A stretch of DNA of 50,477 nt from the IMG/VR virus record IMGVR_UViG_3300020166_000003, positions 1 to 50,477 of that record. One strand, 5' to 3'. The position numbers and the translations under genes are program-made. The notes under the pieces were generated by a model. It saw only the letters and a list, made by a program, of their open reading frames with translations, was not told the origin of the DNA and made no database searches. How positions within the stretch are numbered: position 1 is the stretch's first letter; each line of letters starts with the position of its first letter. This stretch comes from a virus. Lineage: Duplodnaviria; Caudoviricetes. Below, one piece after another: positions 27,970-36,083 of the stretch.

Positions 27970-29920
27970 TTTGCATTCCTATAATTTTTGCAGCTATCTC
28001 CGCTTCTTCAGGGCTATTCATTATCTCGTCAGGGTCTAGGTCTAAAGACTTAGCTAACTCTGACAACAACGTGCCTACTCTGACGTAAGGGGCTAGTGCT
28101 GGGTTTTGTATGGTTTGAAGCACACTTGTTAGACGCTGTGATCTTACTTCCTTCTGCATTAGAGAAGAAGTGCCAGTAGCGCGAATATCTAAGTCCCCTT
28201 GAATGTCCAAAGGGCCTTCAAAGAATTGCATGTTCCATCTGTAGTATGCTTTGCCTAAAGGCTTTAACAGCATGTCGTCCAAGTTCTTTACTACAGTCTT
28301 GATGTTCAGGCTAGCAGCCCCTAGAAGCATACTCATGCCCGAAGCAGTACGAGTCATTGACTGGACACCTGTGATACCGTGTGAGTAACTAGGTATGCCC
28401 GTCTGTTCGTCTGCAAGTTGTCGGAACTTGTCGAACATCATCAAGTTTTCTTGAGTGGTGTTCGGAAACTTAATCCCGTGTATGGCTTGGCCCACTTGTC
28501 CTGATTGCCGTCTAAAGACTTTTCCTGGATATAGGTCTAGGGACTGACCATGCTCTAGCATAGTCGTGTCTACGTCAAAGATCAGTGAGCCGCTGAGTGC
28601 CATGTTGTCGATAGCCATTCTAGCATGACCGTTCATGATCTGCTGGCTGTCGTCCATGTTCTCCCCTACGCCTATACCAAAAAGGCTATAAGGGTTTTGC
28701 TCATACGAGAAAGCATGATAGGGAAGATGAGTAGGAAGGAAAGGATTTGCGATTACGCGGAGCACTTCGTTGTTACATACCCATGCGTTTACTTGAATCT
28801 CACCGTCTTTCTCTACGTCTAGGCCTAATTCTTTGCCTGTATCCTCATCTATAATGCCCCAATACTCTAGGACTTCGTACTTAGTCTGGTCTAGTTCTTG
28901 TGTGCCTAAGCCGTCTTTAAGCTCGTTCTCGTAGCTATCTAGGGTGTAATTAGGCCCTTTGGCTACGCAACGTGCTATAGCTTTCGCGTCGAAGGCTGGC
29001 ATTGATCGTAATGCTCTTACCTGTGACGCATTGTATTTGTGTCTGTGTACTAAGTACTCTGAGTCTTCTACGCTTGTAGCTGTAGGATCAGGGAAGAAAT
29101 CCCATACACTTACAAACTCACATCGAGGCACTCTTGTCTGTATAGGGGCGTATGTTCGCTCTCCTTCTTCGTCTTGTTCCCAACGATGTATAGTCTTGTT
29201 GAAATTAAAAGGCCCTTTGATTACGCCTGTCCCTAATAGGACTGACTCAAACAAAGATCTTCTTAGTTCGTTAGCTCCATCAGACTCTTCTATCTGGTCA
29301 TGGATGAGCTTCTCCATTTTCTCTGCCGCTAATTTAGCTGGAGAGATTTGAGCCTCTTGAGGGTTCTGTGTAGGCCCTCCTTCTAATAAGAGTCCTGCGT
29401 CTTCTGCCTTATCATATATAGAGGGGGAGTCTACTAGAGTCTTACCTGCTCTCAGTACCCGTCCATCGCCCTTGTAGCCTATGTCATAGATGTTACCTTC
29501 TGGCTCCATCTCTTCTAGGGGGTCTACGCTAGGCTCTTGGTCTAGTTTCAGGTGAGCGTACTCTGGTACACCCTCAGGAACTTTAGTAGGCTTAACGCCT
29601 ATAGGAAACGTATCTGCACCAAACACTACTTCGATCAACTGTCCGTAGGCCGCAACCACTTTAGTCTTAGTAATCTTTACAAAAACCCTAGACTTCTCGC
29701 TGTCGCGGAATCTGACGTTCTTGGGGTAGATGCCTCGGAAATTGTGATAGGCTTGGAGCCAACGTGACTCCTGACCTTGACGCGCCATCTTAGCTTCAGC
29801 GAACTTTAAGTTCACCAAGCCTACGAGCCTGTTCTGCTCCTCTTGATTCTGCTTTGCCGAGAAGCCGTCTTGCTCCGCGTAGTGCATCTGGTCTGCGCCT
29901 TGTTCTACTGCCTTCTTCAT
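27779..29920 (-). CDS. Portal protein
   Basis: Follows TerL; WLQAYHNFRGIY, KSRVFVKITKTKV, GTGVIKGPF, WDFFPDP, TRTASGMSML motifs. Confidence 0.92.
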   Translation of the reverse strand: MKKAVEQGADQMHYAEQDGFSAKQNQEEQNRLVGLVNLKFAEAKMARQGQESRWLQAYHNFRGIYPKNVRFRDSEKSRVFVKITKTKVVAAYGQLIEVVFGADTFPIGVKPTKVPEGVPEYAHLKLDQEPSVDPLEEMEPEGNIYDIGYKGDGRVLRAGKTLVDSPSIYDKAEDAGLLLEGGPTQNPQEAQISPAKLAAEKMEKLIHDQIEESDGANELRRSLFESVLLGTGVIKGPFNFNKTIHRWEQDEEGERTYAPIQTRVPRCEFVSVWDFFPDPTATSVEDSEYLVHRHKYNASQVRALRSMPAFDAKAIARCVAKGPNYTLDSYENELKDGLGTQELDQTKYEVLEYWGIIDEDTGKELGLDVEKDGEIQVNAWVCNNEVLRVIANPFLPTHLPYHAFSYEQNPYSLFGIGVGENMDDSQQIMNGHARMAIDNMALSGSLIFDVDTTMLEHGQSLDLYPGKVFRRQSGQVGQAIHGIKFPNTTQENLMMFDKFRQLADEQTGIPSYSHGITGVQSMTRTASGMSMLLGAASLNIKTVVKNLDDMLLKPLGKAYYRWNMQFFEGPLDIQGDLDIRATGTSSLMQKEVRSQRLTSVLQTIQNPALAPYVRVGTLLSELAKSLDLDPDEIMNSPEEAEIAAKIIGMQNVANGQVPSEETGAPSEQGGTLPPTQGATAGPASQGEQGNGNGTIGTGNVPVAGEAGFSAPTA

Positions 29921-31591
29921 CTAATATCCGAAAGTGTTGTCTGCTGGTGCGTAACTTACGCTCCGTTTATATTCGTTCATACGTGCTCTAGGATCTACGT
30001 GTCTTGGTCTACTCATAATGAGATAGCGTAGAGCGTCGTATGCGTGGTCAGGAGCGTGTGTGTCTACATCCTCAGGATTGTTTTTTGCCAGAGGAATACT
30101 TTGAAGTTCACGGACGAGGTTAGGACATGTATTAAATATTTGTATTTTTGGTCTACCTGTGTGCTGAGTCTTCAAGTACTCATGGACTTGTATCTTTCCT
30201 GCTATTCTATTCTTGTCTGCTCGGCGGACTTTGTGCCCTGTCTTGATTATACTTTCGGCTATACTTGGCCCACTTGAGCCTGTCTTAGACCAACAAGCTG
30301 TATCTAGGATACCATGTATGCTCATTGGGTCTGTACGTTCCATCTCGGCTAAGACTTGTCCTAGCTCTACGGCTGTGAGGCCTTTGCGGTACAACTCCCT
30401 ATAAATTACTAGAGTGCCATCACTAGGATCTACTGCTCCCCATACACATGCACTTTCACTTGCATACCCGTAATCTATTCCCTTTACTCTTTCCCAGTGC
30501 AGAGGGATCTCGAAGGGCGGTATCACATGCTTAAGGTAATCAAACTCTAAGAACGCTGCTCCTTCTGCTACGTCCCAATCGCCTTCCAGTAATTGCTTAC
30601 GTAGTATAGGAGGGAGACTCTCCAGCATCTTCTGATAACTCCCGTCCCTTGTAAGGTAGGGGTTGTCGCTTAGCTTTGCTGGTATGAAGCGCCTTGTTAC
30701 TCCATCCTCTCCCGTGAAGCCCACATTAGGGGGAACAGGATCAATGTATCTTTTCTTTACCCAGTGAGAGCCTACACCCCCTGGATTTGCTGTACAACGC
30801 ATATAGCATTGTATCTCTGTGTCTGTTGTTCTTAGTCGTGACGCTAAGTAGTTCCAAGCAAAGTCTGTAGGTACCTGTGTGATTTCATCAAAACCAATCC
30901 AGCTGTAGGACTGTCCCTGATACCTGTAAACATCTGCATCACGCTCTAGGAATCCGAACTCCATCTTAGCCCCGCTAGGGAATGTCCAAGTCTTCTCTAC
31001 TTCTTTGAACTTCGCGCCTTTGAAGGCTTTAGGGTAGAGTTCCCGCGAGTTGTCTATCAGCTCTCGCAGCTCGGGCATAGTCCTTCTCAACAGGAGTGCT
31101 CTGTGCTTACCTCTGTGGACATACCGCAAAGGGTCTGCCAGCAGTGAATAGCTTTTGCCGCCTCCTGCTTGCCCACCGTAGAGAACATCTTTCTCTGGAG
31201 CCGCAAGAAACTCTGTCTGAGGCCCTTCGTTAGGCTTGAAGGCTACGTCTTCTTCCACGCCTACCTCTACTACGGAGGTCATGGATTTAAGTTCGCCTGT
31301 CGTGACTAAGCCTCCGTCCTTGAGGAGTTTCTTCTGGGCTTTTAGTTCTCTAGCCCTTTTAGCTGCTTGGTCTGCTTTCTTTCTGTCTCGTGTAGCCTTG
31401 CGCTGCTGTGTGCGTATGCGGGCTTGGAGGGCCTGTGCGGCCTTTTGTTTCTTTGAGAAATTGTAAGGAACCTTTAGAGGCCCTGTCTTTCTTCCTGCTT
31501 TCTTCTTTGGCGTACCATCCAGCTTTAGTTTAAAAGTCCCATCTAGGTTCTTTTGATAACCGTCTGGATTAAGCTCCCAATCTTTTTGCAT
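29921..31591 (-). CDS. terL: Terminase large subunit
   Basis: Walker A YGGQAGGGKS, Walker B IGFDE, TANPGG, RNase H-like GIDYG and DHAYDALRY. Confidence 0.96.
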   Translation of the reverse strand: MQKDWELNPDGYQKNLDGTFKLKLDGTPKKKAGRKTGPLKVPYNFSKKQKAAQALQARIRTQQRKATRDRKKADQAAKRARELKAQKKLLKDGGLVTTGELKSMTSVVEVGVEEDVAFKPNEGPQTEFLAAPEKDVLYGGQAGGGKSYSLLADPLRYVHRGKHRALLLRRTMPELRELIDNSRELYPKAFKGAKFKEVEKTWTFPSGAKMEFGFLERDADVYRYQGQSYSWIGFDEITQVPTDFAWNYLASRLRTTDTEIQCYMRCTANPGGVGSHWVKKRYIDPVPPNVGFTGEDGVTRRFIPAKLSDNPYLTRDGSYQKMLESLPPILRKQLLEGDWDVAEGAAFLEFDYLKHVIPPFEIPLHWERVKGIDYGYASESACVWGAVDPSDGTLVIYRELYRKGLTAVELGQVLAEMERTDPMSIHGILDTACWSKTGSSGPSIAESIIKTGHKVRRADKNRIAGKIQVHEYLKTQHTGRPKIQIFNTCPNLVRELQSIPLAKNNPEDVDTHAPDHAYDALRYLIMSRPRHVDPRARMNEYKRSVSYAPADNTFGY

Positions 31592-31802
31592 GAATTTTTC
31601 TAAGGCCTTGTGGCGTAATCGCTCTGTCTGTCATTATGGTCAACCACTCTGATGCAGTAGCGTAGCCTATGTCGTCCTCTTCTATCATGTCTAAGGACTC
31701 TTCTAAGTATTTTAGCTCGTCTGAGATTGGTAGGATGCAGGTAGTGTCTTCAGGATCTTCTTTATATCCGTATGGGATGTTGTGCCACCTATCCTTTTTC
31801 AT
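31569..31802 (-). CDS. Small DNA-binding protein (recombinase-domain-like)
   Basis: IPYGYK then helix and ASEWL...ITPQGLRKI HTH-like pattern. Confidence 0.55.
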   Translation of the reverse strand: MKKDRWHNIPYGYKEDPEDTTCILPISDELKYLEESLDMIEEDDIGYATASEWLTIMTDRAITPQGLRKIHAKRLGA

Positions 31803-32169
31803 TGATCACGTCTTTAGTGGGGAGTATAAACACTGAAGAACCTTCATTGAGGTTCACATCTACTGCTGCACGCTTGGCTACCCCTACACGGTCTAGTATA
31901 CTGTTAGACGCAGCCAACTTGTGTTGGACTTGAGGGATAGGCTTGTTAGAGTTCATCACTTCTATCAGTTTGCTAGCCGCCTGAGGCGCTGAGGTGGCTA
32001 GTATAGCCTCGCTCATCTCTAGTATCTCGGCTCTAAGGCCTTTAGCTACCTTGAATGAGTTGGTTGTGCTATAGCCTGCTTGTCTACATGCCTCTGCCAC
32101 ATTGAACCCTACCTTGGGCAGAGCCTTCAAGAATGCTTGCTGCTTATCTGTATAGTTTCTTTTACTCAT
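31789..32169 (-). CDS. terS: Terminase small subunit (start revised to MSKRNY at 32169)
   Basis: TDKQQAFL...NVAEACRQAGYS HTH, KLAASNSILDRVG, VFILP; upstream of TerL. Confidence 0.75.
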   Translation of the reverse strand: MSKRNYTDKQQAFLKALPKVGFNVAEACRQAGYSTTNSFKVAKGLRAEILEMSEAILATSAPQAASKLIEVMNSNKPIPQVQHKLAASNSILDRVGVAKRAAVDVNLNEGSSVFILPTKDVINEKG

Positions 32170-32173
32170 ATTA

Positions 32174-32458
32174 TTACCATTTAGCTTTGTCGGCCCAGTA
32201 TGCTCCACTCATCTTACCTTTCTTGATGTTCGCACTATGTCGGGCTTTAAATGACTTACGCTTTGCTTTCATGGCAGCACTTTCCCCCGCCTTTGGCTTA
32301 CCAGCAGTCTTTGCGCCTTGTTCTCCAAAGCGTATCGTTTTAATCTTGTCACCTTCTTTAGCTAATACAACGTGTGACTTAGTTGGGTGTGCTGGGGTTC
32401 TTTTCGGTTTGTTAAACCCCTCAACCCCCAGCTTTGCTATACGTGTATCTTTAGTCAT
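32174..32458 (-). CDS. Basic hypothetical protein, first gene of the structural arm
   Basis: Lys-rich; IRFGEQG...RKSFKARH...AYWADKAKW pattern. Confidence 0.8.
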   Translation of the reverse strand: MTKDTRIAKLGVEGFNKPKRTPAHPTKSHVVLAKEGDKIKTIRFGEQGAKTAGKPKAGESAAMKAKRKSFKARHSANIKKGKMSGAYWADKAKW

Positions 32459-32465
32459 ACTATCT

Positions 32466-32493
32466 ATTATAGTGCGTGTGGTACATTTGTCAA
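32466..32493 (-). promoter_or_regulatory. Sigma70-type promoter for the structural arm
   Basis: - strand TTGACA (32493-32488), 16 nt, TATAAT (32471-32466). Confidence 0.8.
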
Positions 32494-32533
32494 GTGTATT
32501 TAGTAAATAAATGGCTTTTAGTGTAAAAAAGAC

Positions 32534-32562
32534 TTGACAAAACCCGATTTAAACACTATACT
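32534..32562 (+). promoter_or_regulatory. Sigma70-type promoter firing into the non-coding region
   Basis: TTGACA (32534-39), 17 nt, TATACT (32557-62), A-tract upstream. Confidence 0.7.
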
Positions 32563-32569
32563 AGAAGGT

Positions 32570-33240
32570 AAGCCATCGCCCCCCGTATACCCCATACATT
32601 CCCTAAAGCTCTAATAGCTTTATCGGCCCCTACCTACCTTATCATGTCCTCTCTGATAGTTGAAGTAGCAGTATAAGGGCTATTAATCCTCCTGAAGTCC
32701 TAAAGCCTATAAGCCTTTAAGGTTGGTAGGCGCCTAAAACCCCCCAAGATCTCCAAACCTACCCACCCCTATGAGACTTTTACGTGCTCAGGGATACTCG
32801 TGCATGGGTTCTAAGGTTTGAGGGCTTAGGGAGGCTCTGAAGGCTCTCGGGGTTACTAGGCCTTTTAGTTAATTTAGTGTAACCATTAGTATATACTATG
32901 GGGGTGTGGGTGCCCCCCTGCCTACCCCTAATGCCTACAAGCCTACAAGACCTCCAGAGAACTCCGAAGCCCTAAAGGGCTAGGAAATCTCCAAGTCCTC
33001 CGCGTAATGCGCGGGGAAATTCTAAAGAATTTAGGGGTTCCGAGGTTTTTAGGCTCTGAGGCCTTAGAGATTCTGCACCTAAAAACCTAACAAGCCTCCC
33101 AAAATCCCTAAGGATTTCATACACCTACGCGATTAAGCCCCACGCAAAGAATACGCATAGCTTCCTAGGCTTCCTAGGCTCTCAAGCCTGTGCGATAGGA
33201 GCCGCAAAAATCTACCTACGGTAAAAAAATAAATAGCGAA
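32570..33240. other. Non-coding inter-arm region, probable physical genome ends / terminal repeat
   Basis: Only long ORF-free stretch; many CCTAAAG-like heptamers, short tandem and inverted repeats; arms diverge from it. Confidence 0.6.
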
Positions 33241-33245
33241 AAGTG

Positions 33246-33327
33246 TTGACAGCACCGCCAAGACCTGATCTAATGTAATGGCTCAGGGCAAATTCGCCTT
33301 CAGCGAACTCCTAATCACGAGGAACTT
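33246..33327 (+). promoter_or_regulatory. Early promoter/stem-loop/RBS cassette 1
   Basis: TTGACA-17-TCTAAT(GTAA), GCTCAGGGC hairpin, ACGAGGAA RBS. Confidence 0.75.
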
Positions 33328-33585
33328 ATGTACACTTACAAGCACTACACATCCGACGAAAGACTTATCCTAGCAAAGCTAGCCCTTGAAGAACAAGACT
33401 TGACCGCTAAATTTGGTAGCCTAAAGGCTTGCCGAATTATTGCCAAGAAGTATGGCTGGGATCTCAGCTTTGCTGAAGAAAGGTTGGACGAGGCAGACGA
33501 AGTCTGGGCAGGTGAGACGAAGTCTATGACACCCGCCGAGCGAAAGGAATGGGAGACACTCACAAGAGCAAGCGAGGCAGACTAA
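33328..33585 (+). CDS. Early hypothetical protein
   Basis: GAGGA RBS, own promoter. Confidence 0.8.
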   Translation: MYTYKHYTSDERLILAKLALEEQDLTAKFGSLKACRIIAKKYGWDLSFAEERLDEADEVWAGETKSMTPAERKEWETLTRASEAD

Positions 33586-33620
33586 GCCCTAAAGGGCTAG
33601 AAAATAAATGACGAAAGTTG

Positions 33621-33707
33621 TTGACAGGGCAAGCAATTCATGCCCTAAATGTAATGGCTCAGGGCAACTTCGCCCTTTGCACAATCCTAATCACGAGGAA
33701 ATTTATC
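33621..33707 (+). promoter_or_regulatory. Early promoter/stem-loop/RBS cassette 2
   Basis: TTGACA...TAAATGTAATGGCTCAGGGC...TCCTAATCACGAGGAA, shared with cassette 1. Confidence 0.75.
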
Positions 33708-34295
33708 ATGGCTACAAACACTAAAGGCAAGCAGCAAGCAACGAATTTCAAAGAAATTGAGCGAGTAATGGGCAGTACCTATTGCGAAGGAGCTTTGCTC
33801 CCTGCTTCCACATCACAGCTATACTTCCTAGGAAGTCTATTCGGTCAAGTGTGGCTCAAGGGGGCTGGAGTCGATGTGGATACTTTTAAGTATCAAGCCC
33901 GCAAGATATTCGGTGCGATTGTTTGCAAAGCAAATGACAACGCCAAGCATGGCATCACCCGCTTTGATGTAGCTTTAGCTAAGGAGAATTTCGACAAGGG
34001 CAACCTAAAGGTTCCTGCGGCAATGCTCAAAGCTTGCACCGTTGATCCTACCAGCTTCAAGCCGAAAGCTCCTAAGACAGCCCGCAAGTCTAAGACAGCC
34101 GCCAAGCCTACGGCAACCGCTAAGCCTAAGACACCCGCTAAGCCTAAGACACCCGCCAAGCCTACAGCTAAGACACCCGCTAAGCCTACAGCTAAGACAC
34201 CCGCTAAGCCTAGCACCGATGTGCAGGCTTTGCTCGATGTGATCGAAGCCCAACAAGCGCAGATCGCGGCACTAATGCAAGCCCTAAAGGGCTAA
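33708..34295 (+). CDS. Early protein with histone H1-like Lys/Pro/Ala/Thr repeats, 195 aa (start revised to MATNTK); paralog of 36084-36527
   Basis: GAGGA RBS before ATG 33708; AKPKTP/AKPTAKTP repeats; C-terminal coiled coil. Confidence 0.8.
   Translation: MATNTKGKQQATNFKEIERVMGSTYCEGALLPASTSQLYFLGSLFGQVWLKGAGVDVDTFKYQARKIFGAIVCKANDNAKHGITRFDVALAKENFDKGNLKVPAAMLKACTVDPTSFKPKAPKTARKSKTAAKPTATAKPKTPAKPKTPAKPTAKTPAKPTAKTPAKPSTDVQALLDVIEAQQAQIAALMQALKG
34070..34215 (+). repeat. Degenerate 18/24-bp tandem repeats (GCTAAGCCTAAGACACCC-type)
   Basis: Directly visible; encodes the AKPKTP / AKPTAKTP repeats. Confidence 0.9.
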
Positions 34296-34304
34296 TCAAT
34301 CGAA

Positions 34305-34330
34305 GGGGCGTGTGTAGATTATCACGCCCC
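34305..34330 (+). terminator. GC-rich hairpin (terminator or processing site), copy 1
   Basis: GGGGCGTG-10 nt-CACGCCCC; no U tract. Confidence 0.5.
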
Positions 34331-34358
34331 GCATCACCCACATTAAAATTCAGGAGCC

Positions 34359-34697
34359 ATGCTCATGCCAAAAAAATTATACTCTAGTCGTGTACGCCGC
34401 GATACATCCGTAACCTATACATACCTAACGCGTCATGTGTTAGCCTTAGTGCAAGGTTTAGCAATCGACAGCCGAGAGTATGCTAATACTAGGGTTGACC
34501 GTAAGGTACGCACTATATTAGACGAAGCTAAAGTATCCTCCTGCGATTACAAGGTAACAGTAACGCAGGAGCGTGTGTTAGGATTTATAGCGACTATACT
34601 CACTATGACCTATTACTACGGTGACGAAACATTAGTATCACGCTATACTTTCGTAGGCGCAGAAAAACTATTACGTGTCACACACGACTGGACATAA
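34359..34697 (+). CDS. Early hypothetical protein
   Basis: AGGAG RBS (start 34359 or 34365). Confidence 0.75.
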   Translation: MLMPKKLYSSRVRRDTSVTYTYLTRHVLALVQGLAIDSREYANTRVDRKVRTILDEAKVSSCDYKVTVTQERVLGFIATILTMTYYYGDETLVSRYTFVGAEKLLRVTHDWT

Positions 34698-34717
34698 TAC
34701 TATAACGCAACTAGGGG

Positions 34718-34800
34718 TTGACAGCCTCTGGTCGCTTGTGGTTTAATGTAATCGGTCAGGGCAAATCCGCCTTGATCCAACTCGCATAGGAGCTTCACGC
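34718..34800 (+). promoter_or_regulatory. Early promoter/stem-loop/RBS cassette 3
   Basis: TTGACA-18-TTTAAT(GTAA), GGTCAGGGC/GCCTTGATC hairpin, CGCATAGGAGCTT RBS. Confidence 0.75.
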
Positions 34801-35058
34801 ATGAAATCATCCATCCTCAACACCCAAATTGTACATGACGCATACGACTTTAACCAAGCCTACAGACTCGACGAGCAAGTAGGACACCTACCCGCAGGTA
34901 CACTTGTGTATTCTACAGGGGTCAAGATAGGCAACGACAGCCCTGATGTTTACCCTGCAATGCTAGTGTTCCACAAAGCGGGTAACGCATACGAGCTAGT
35001 ACTAGAGGGGCTTATGAGTCCAGTCGGTGACATAGGAGACCTAGACTTCCGCACATAG
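34801..35058 (+). CDS. Early hypothetical protein
   Basis: AGGAG RBS, own promoter. Confidence 0.8.
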   Translation: MKSSILNTQIVHDAYDFNQAYRLDEQVGHLPAGTLVYSTGVKIGNDSPDVYPAMLVFHKAGNAYELVLEGLMSPVGDIGDLDFRT

Positions 35059-35065
35059 CGTGTGA

Positions 35066-35104
35066 GCAGGGGCGTGTGCATCTTATCACGCCTCTGCATT
35101 TTTT
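35066..35104 (+). terminator. Intrinsic terminator, hairpin copy 2
   Basis: GCAGGGGCGTG-10 nt-CACGCCTCTGC then ATTTTTT. Confidence 0.75.
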
Positions 35105-35126
35105 AAATTATTGGGCTGAGTTTTCG

Positions 35127-35207
35127 TTGACACCAACGGCTCAGCGTGATTTAATGTAACGGCTCAGGGCATTCCGCCTTGAGCTTATTCGCATAGGAGC
35201 TTTACAC
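35127..35207 (+). promoter_or_regulatory. Early promoter/stem-loop/RBS cassette 4
   Basis: TTGACA-17-TTTAAT(GTAA), GCTCAGGGC/GCCTTGAGC hairpin, CGCATAGGAGCTT RBS. Confidence 0.75.
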
Positions 35208-35642
35208 ATGACTAAATATGCACGATTAACGCAAGCCTTTGAGGACTTGCCACATAAAGCCTTAGTAAAGGTTACACCTGTGACTAGTAACGATGGCGAC
35301 TACCAACTAGTAATTTGTGAATCCACTGGAGATCCTTATCATGTTCCAGTTGAAATCTTAAAGCCATTTGAGCCTAAGAGGGTTCGACGTTTTTTCAATT
35401 ACAAGGCAGGCACTAAGCTTGCTGTACTTGAGGGAGGCACAGATTCTGCTGATCCTGTCCACTATTTTAAAAAGGGAGATGTGGTGGAGATACTCAAGCG
35501 TGATAAGACTATGACACCCCATGCTTATTACTGCAAGAAAGGACTTGAGGTTCAAGTAATCTACGGCTATCAACTACGACCAGTAACGCCTAGCATGTCT
35601 GTCTTATCACGCATTAAAAACCTTTTTAAAACATCGGGCTGA
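35208..35642 (+). CDS. Early protein with two SH3/KOW-like barrels
   Basis: YKAGTKLAVL...HYFKKGDVVEIL...YQLRPV pattern. Confidence 0.7.
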   Translation: MTKYARLTQAFEDLPHKALVKVTPVTSNDGDYQLVICESTGDPYHVPVEILKPFEPKRVRRFFNYKAGTKLAVLEGGTDSADPVHYFKKGDVVEILKRDKTMTPHAYYCKKGLEVQVIYGYQLRPVTPSMSVLSRIKNLFKTSG

Positions 35643-35649
35643 ATTGTTG

Positions 35650-35678
35650 TTGACAGTGTGGCGTTGTTGTGGCATCAT
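35650..35678 (+). promoter_or_regulatory. Early promoter 5
   Basis: TTGACA-17-CATCAT with extended TG. Confidence 0.65.
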
Positions 35679-35731
35679 TTAAATGGCAACACCACTCCCC
35701 TTTTAATTAGAAACATTTGAGGTACTTGAGC

Positions 35732-35965
35732 ATGTATAAAGTAGGAGATAGAGCAATAGTAGTAGAGAGCAATGGGGTTGGAAATGTTGCTCACCACTAC
35801 AAGGTAGGTACGGAGGTAGAAATCTTAGACCTTAACTGTGATAGAGACACTATCTATTGCACAGACAATGATAGTAGGATGCCCATGAGACAGTTTATTC
35901 CTAAGCATCAGCTAAAATTTGTACCTAAGGATGCACATGTATGTCCCACATGTGGGCGCTTTTAA
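35732..35965 (+). CDS. Early SH3/KOW-like protein (start revised to MYKVGD)
   Basis: GAGG RBS; YKVGDRAIVV...HHYKVGTEVEIL...HQLKFV similar to preceding gene; C-terminal CPTC. Confidence 0.75.
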   Translation: MYKVGDRAIVVESNGVGNVAHHYKVGTEVEILDLNCDRDTIYCTDNDSRMPMRQFIPKHQLKFVPKDAHVCPTCGRF

Positions 35966-35986
35966 AAATATCGGGCTGAATTGTTG

Positions 35987-36017
35987 TTGACATTGACGAC
36001 TCGGTGTGGTGTAATGT
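35987..36017 (+). promoter_or_regulatory. Early promoter 6
   Basis: TTGACA-17-TGTAAT(GTAA); 23-nt identity with promoter 5 (35633-35655 = 35970-35992). Confidence 0.7.
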
Positions 36018-36083
36018 AAACCGATCAGCAACACCGATCACACTTTAATAAAATTTAAACCTAATCTATACGAGGAAATTATC

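Noticed and set aside
2335-31466. Numerous + strand ORFs opposite the structural genes
   Set aside because: Antisense shadows with no RBS or motifs, fully nested in well-supported - strand genes
33618-33707. TTG-start extension of the histone-like gene
   Set aside because: It runs through promoter cassette 2; RBS and paralog support ATG 33708
33893-34256. Repetitive antisense and alternate-frame ORFs (LAGVLAVG, RLSGCLSC, LRHPLS)
   Set aside because: Shadows of the AKPKTP tandem repeat
33246-36017. Repeated early elements as CRISPR or integron attC array
   Set aside because: Repeats resolve into promoter, hairpin and RBS; spacers are whole genes; no cas or integrase gene
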